A program made the translations under genes and the position numbers. Under the pieces are notes generated by a model, which was not told the origin of the DNA, did no database searches, and saw only the letters and a program-made list of their open reading frames with translations. 64,000 bases of DNA from the human T2T-CHM13v2.0 reference genome, Homo sapiens, in assembly GCF_009914755.1 (NCBI RefSeq), contig NC_060927.1. One strand, given 5' to 3'. Below, piece by piece: positions 56,681 to 64,000 of the stretch (the stretch's first letter is position 1; each line of letters starts with the position of its first letter).

Positions 56681-58471
56681 TCCAGGAATTTTTTTTTTAA
56701 CAAGATGTATTTGTACAGAATTCTCTCAGCTATGACTCCCTGTTGAAGAATTTTCTTTCTGGTATAGGGAAGGCATGTTTCACATGGAAGGTTTTATTTC
56801 CTGTTTTCAAGGCGAGAAAGGGAAGATTAGAATACACTTATTGCATCTGCTATTTTTCAAGTGTCTTTAGCTTAAAGTAATCCTCATACCAAAGTGGCAT
56901 ATTTTGGAGTGGCATATTCTGCCACTCTTTATTACCATTACATGAATATCCAGTCTGAAGTCAATTAAGGTTACTTTTAGTTTGTTTGTGATTCACCAGT
57001 TTTTAGAAGGAGAAGTTCTGCTGAGTGAAGTTTTAAGCAAAATCTTGAAATTCTTTTAACTAGAAATGGGTTTTTATGCTAACAGAGAGAGTCACACACC
57101 ATATTAACCTCAGGAACCTAGTCTTACCTATCTAGTTTGTGCATAGACAGACTTGGAAACAAAAGCATCAACACTCACTGTAAATTTGAGAGGGCTGATT
57201 AGTTTCTTAAATGATTTTCTCAGGGGTTAGAGTTACACAAAGAAAGCTAATTGTTAAACTATCCAAATCTTGGCTCCTTCAAATGAAGATGTAACAATTA
57301 TTTAATTTAAAAATCACCCGACCATAATATTGGATTGTAATAATAAGTAAATTTGATCACATTTGTGTAGCAATCCCTAGAGAAAAAATGGCCAATAAAG
57401 ACCAAATCTTCCCCTTTCTCAATTACTGTGGCAGAATTACTGGCAAAGCTATTGCAAATCTGGGTTTTACAATCTCCTTTTATTAAATCCACAAATGAAC
57501 GTGAAATATGGGTGTATATATATAGCTTTCAGAGGGCCGTCAAATTGATGGGGTATATGATTAAGGTGAGATAACATACACACACAATCAGATATTCTAA
57601 GCAGGTCTTATTATGGAGAAAGATGAATGCTAAGAGAAATAAGTTATTTCATGTGTCTGGAAGCCCAGACACCCTCATATTAATTCTAATCCACATAAAT
57701 TTCTCCCAGTTGACTTTGTTGTAATGCTGCACAATAAAATCAAGTCTAAAATTTCACACCCGAGAAGAATGATTTTAATAAGTGCCAGGTTTCCTGTAAA
57801 CGAGTGATGTTAAAAATCTAGGTGAGGTTGTGTCCAGTTCTCTGCTCTTACTCCCACTTCCTACCATGTTCTGAGAAGAGCCCTTTTAGTTATATAATTT
57901 CTTTATCTGGGAAACAGGGCAAATAATGATGCCTCCTGCATAGGATTATTGTGAAGATTAATTAGGTTACTTTAAGTAAAGCCTGGAGTACATAATCAGT
58001 GTTCTTGGTGTTCCCTATTTTTATTTGTATTATCACCTCAGTCTACATACTGTGGAGAATTTTCAGAAATTTGCAAGTAGGAAACTGGAGATTTTATCTT
58101 ACAGGACTGAACAGTATTAGATAAATTTAATCTGCCTGATGACTAAGTGACAAAAATGCTGGAGACAGCTAGTTTTAAACAAAATCAGTGTTAAATCTTT
58201 CCTTTTCTTTAAATAACATTGTCTCAGAGCTGGTTTTGAGTCCAGGCATAAAGCAACAAGCACCTGAAGCACATAGTGTTGTGTTTTGAGGAATAGCAGT
58301 ATTATGTATGGGGCTAGAAATGTATCCCCTTCATCTAGGCACTGGGCCTCTGTGATGGATGAGAGGCCCAGATACTCCAGCAGGACTGCCTTCATTCTAA
58401 AAAGAAGTTCAAAGACGCTACCGCCAACCTTGCCACTATCATGTCATGTTGTTCTCTGCCTTTCCCCATAG

Positions 58472-58475
<4 letters not shown>

Positions 58476-58514
<39 letters not shown>
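58476..58514. repeat. (TG)n microsatellite
   Basis: Direct reading, ~19 units. Confidence 0.95.
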
Positions 58515-58517
<3 letters not shown>

Positions 58518-58759
58518 AAAGACTTACTCTTCTGAAATACAATATTCACATCTTGCATTTTATAAGATTTATAAGCCTAGTAGTGTAAGTCTGCTGATTT
58601 TGTTTTCACTAAAGATTATCTTTAGCTCCTTTGCATTTTCATATAAATTTTAGAATCAGCTTGTCAACTTCTACCAAAAAAGAAAAAAAAAAGTTTGCTA
58701 AAATTTTGACTAACATTGCATAAAAACTATAGATCCAATTAGGGGAATATTGACATCTT

Positions 58760-58859
58760 TTTTTTTTTTTTTTTTTGAGACGGAGTCTCGCTCTGTCGCC
58801 CAGGCTGGAGTGCAGTGGCGCGATCTCGGCTTACTGCAAGCTCCGCCCCCCGGGTTCAC
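58760..58859 (-). mobile_element. 5'-truncated AluY with TSD, inside an old L1M fragment
   Basis: Poly-T, then GAGACGGAGTCTCGCTCTGTCGCCC…GCAAGCTCCGCC…GGGTTCAC; TSD GACATCTT at 58752 and 58860. Confidence 0.85.
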
Positions 58860-59573
58860 GACATCTTAGCATTACTGAGAATTCTAATCCATGGACATGA
58901 TTTGTCCCTCCATTTATCAGAGACTTTAATTTGTTTCTGGGTTGGGCTTTAGTTCATTCAATTAACCGCAGTTCCAAATGTCTCACTTAGACAGAGTTAA
59001 GCTCCTTCCAGCCAGGCTTCGGTACTTAAGACCATGAAACTTCAGGACCTGTCTCTGTTCTTTAGTCCAGCCTGCAATTTTCCCTGTGGCCGTTTAACCA
59101 GCCAAAGACTAATGGGAAAAACTAGTTAGTGGGGAGAACTGACTTTGCATTTGGGGCTACTCCAGATTCTAATCCACTATGCCAGCCCACACATGACTGT
59201 TAAAAGTTTGGCAGGTTTATTCTTCTCCCAGAAGTTCCTTTGCCTGTGCCTATTAAAGGGTTGTTTCTCTGCCTGACAGTCCTCAAACTTGCAAATGCCA
59301 TCAGGCATGAGAGGGTCTACTCACGGGTCTCTAGTTATTTAGAAAAGGTTGGTGCATCTCTAGAATATAGTGTTTTTGTTGTTGTTTTTGTTTTTGTTTT
59401 AGCTTTCTTTGTATCTTCGACTCTCTGGTGGTTTTAAGGAAAAATACTGTATTTTAAAAGATGAGGTTTTTCCCTAGTGTTTTCTCAGTGTTATGGTAAG
59501 AGCAAGGATCTTTTGCAACCTTCTACATCCTACTGGAAACATTCAGAATAGGCATTTTTTTTTAACTGAAATT

Positions 59574-59890
59574 AGGCTGGGCACGGCGGCTCATGCCTGT
59601 AATTCCAGCATTTTGGGAGGCCAAGGCGGGTGGACCTGAGGTCGGGAGTTTGAGACCAGCCTGGCCAACATGGTGAAACCCCGTCTCTACTAAAATTACA
59701 AAAAAATTTAGCTGGGCATGGTGGTGGGTGCCTGTAATCCCAGCTACTCGGGAGGCTGAAGCAGGAGAATCGAATCACTTGAGCCCAGGAGGCGGAGGTT
59801 GTAGTAAGCCGAGATCACACCATTGCACTCCAGCCTGGGCAACAAAAGCGAAACTCCGTCTCAAAAATAAATAAATAAATAAATAAAACT
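59574..59890 (+). mobile_element. Alu
   Basis: Alu body, (TAAA)n tail, TSD AACTGAA(A/G)TTA. Confidence 0.9.
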
Positions 59891-60143
59891 GAAGTTAATC
59901 TCTTTTTTTTTTTCATGTGAGTCTACGTGTTAGGGGAAGGAGTCTACACTTTAATTCTTCTAACATGAAATGCAAAAACCTAAATTTTATGTTCTGTCAT
60001 AATTTCAAGCACTAAGTTTAATCAACTAGGTTTTAATTTTATTTTTCTTAAGGATAGCAAGTCTGGTGGCAGGTAAATTCTATTTTTTTTCATCCTTTTC
60101 ACAATATTTCAGATTTTGAATATTTGAGCTTTTCTTCACAATA

Positions 60144-61163
60144 ATGTCAAAAGACATAAAATCAGTAGAACATTCACCTAAAATTCATCAGAGAAATGAT
60201 CCACAGCACGTCAATGATAGAACATTTTTCATTGATGCCTCTAATCAGAGCTTGACTGCCATTCCTTTGGAGATCTTCACATTCACAGAATTAGAAGAAG
60301 TGCATTTGGAGAATAACCAGATTGAAGAAATTCCCCAGGAGATTCAGCGTTTAAAGAACATCAGGGTCCTCTACCTGGATAAGAACAACCTGAGGAGCCT
60401 GTGCCCGGCGCTGGGGCTGCTGAGCAGCCTGGAGAGCCTGGACCTGAGCTACAACCCCATCTTCTCCTCCTCCCTTGTCGTTGTCAGCTTCCTCCACGCC
60501 CTGCGCGAGCTCCGGCTCTACCAGACCGACCTGAAGGAAATTCCCGTCGTCATCTTTAAAAACCTCCACCATCTCGAGCTGCTCGGACTGACCGGAAACC
60601 ACCTGAAATGTCTGCCCAAGGAAATAGTGAACCAGACCAAGCTGAGGGAGATCTACCTGAAGCGAAACCAGTTTGAAGTTTTCCCCCAGGAGCTCTGTGT
60701 TCTCTACACCCTGGAAATCATTGACCTGGACGAGAACAAAATAGGTGCCATCCCAGAAGAGATCGGACACCTGACGGGGCTGCAGAAGTTCTATATGGCT
60801 TCTAACAACCTTCCCGTTCTGCCCGCGTCCTTGTGCCAGTGTAGCCAACTGTCGGTGCTCGATTTATCCCACAACCTCCTCCACTCCATCCCGAAGAGCT
60901 TCGCCGAGCTCAGGAAGATGACGGAAATCGGGCTGAGCGGGAACCGCCTGGAGAAGGTGCCACGCCTCATTTGCAGGTGGACCTCGCTGCACCTGCTCTA
61001 CCTGGGAAACACCGGCCTGCACAGGCTGCGGGGCTCCTTCAGGTGCCTGGTCAACTTGCGCTTCCTGGACCTAAGCCAGAACCATCTGCACCACTGCCCG
61101 CTGCAGATCTGTGCACTGAAGAACCTTGAAGTCCTGGGACTGGATGACAATAAAATAGGACAG
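60144..61163 (+). CDS. LRRIQ4: Leucine-rich repeat and IQ motif containing 4, first coding exon (340 codons; gene continues beyond the window)
   Basis: Acceptor TTTCAG|A at 60113; MSKDIKSVEHSPKIHQRNDPQH followed by tandem LxxLxLxxNxLxxLP repeats; donor CAG|GTACGG at 61163; position next to LRRC34. Confidence 0.9.
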
Positions 61164-61483
61164 GTACGGATTCCTTTTCTGGCTGTCACTATGCTCTCAT
61201 CCAGGGTCCTTCCTGCCCTAAGTTGGTTCTGTATCTAAACAGCAAATTTGAACTGACTTTATGGGCGAAAATCCAAGATTACTAAATATCCAACAAGGTG
61301 ATACTTTGTATTACTCTCTTTTTCCCTAACAGCAGCAGTAATCATAATAGTAGCTAATGTTTATTTAGAGGGTGTATGTGCCAGTCACTGAGCTAAGTGT
61401 TTACATGGATCATCTCATTTACCTCACAACGACTGTGTCCTCAATGGTATATGAAGGAAGTGAGGGGCAGGGAGCTTAACTAA

Positions 61484-63527
<2,044 letters not shown>

Positions 63528-64000
63528 GCTAAAAAAATCTTTTATTTGATTTTTTATTTCTAGAACTTTTTTCCCCAAATTGCTATGGGGTTTTAAAGCT
63601 GCCTTTCAGGAAGTAAACATTTTGATGGTAACTTGTAGATTTAGGTCGAGATTCTAGGACTTAATCTCCACTGATGTAGCAACTCACCTTGGAGGATTTT
63701 TGAGGTTCCGTGAGAGCCCGGCCCTGAACTATTCCACTGCTGATGTAAGAAATTCCTTTTAGTGGACTAAGTCAGTCATTCTGCAGTTGGAGTGAAAGAC
63801 TTAAAATATAAAGTACATGTGGGAGGGATAACACATTATACTGAGCCATGAATAATACCTAATCCTTTTCTGAGAGAAATTTTAAGAAATCAAAGGAGCA
63901 AATCACACACAGACTGCTTGTTAACAAAAATAAGCTTCATCCAATACCAAGTTTTAGCACAAGTCAAACTGCACTGAAATGTAGACATGTTAAATATTAT

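Noticed and set aside
57653-57672. Perfect 8-bp hairpin GTGTCTGG-AAGC-CCAGACAC
   Set aside because: A few such stems are expected by chance in 64 kb; no ncRNA boxes around it.
60351-60848. 165-aa ORF antisense to LRRIQ4
   Set aside because: Shadow ORF expected from the high-GC3 sense codons.

Overview
This is human (or very close hominid) genomic DNA from the chromosome 3q26.2 telomere-length locus. In order it contains: TERC (telomerase RNA, minus strand, 2562-3012), ACTRT3/ARPM1 (minus, 2 coding exons, 372 aa), a ~1.5 kb AT-rich tandem array, a tRNA-Val(AAC) gene, MYNN (plus, BTB + 8 C2H2 zinc fingers, 610 aa), LRRC34 (minus, 11 coding exons, 464 aa) and the first coding exon of LRRIQ4 (plus). 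I read the exon boundaries from GT-AG sites and checked them by phase arithmetic. Introns and intergenic DNA are rich in Alu, L1, L2, MIR, ERV1-LTR and DNA-transposon remnants, and repeat subfamily names are from recall, not RepeatMasker. The genes are known, and I cannot demonstrate a wholly new biological system from sequence alone. Five observations seem most worth checking. (1) The AT-rich array sits inside two back-to-back inverted-repeat (PATRR-like) structures. (2) A strong-Kozak uATG in MYNN exon 1 is in frame with the main ORF and blocked by a single TGA. (3) A MER85 piggyBac MITE, with its CSB-PGBD3 palindrome, lies ~430 bp past the TERC 3' end. (4) ACTRT3 intron 1 holds a G-quadruplex array that reads in frame as a GW-rich tail. 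(5) A TATA-plus-splice-donor unit points antisense into LRRC34.
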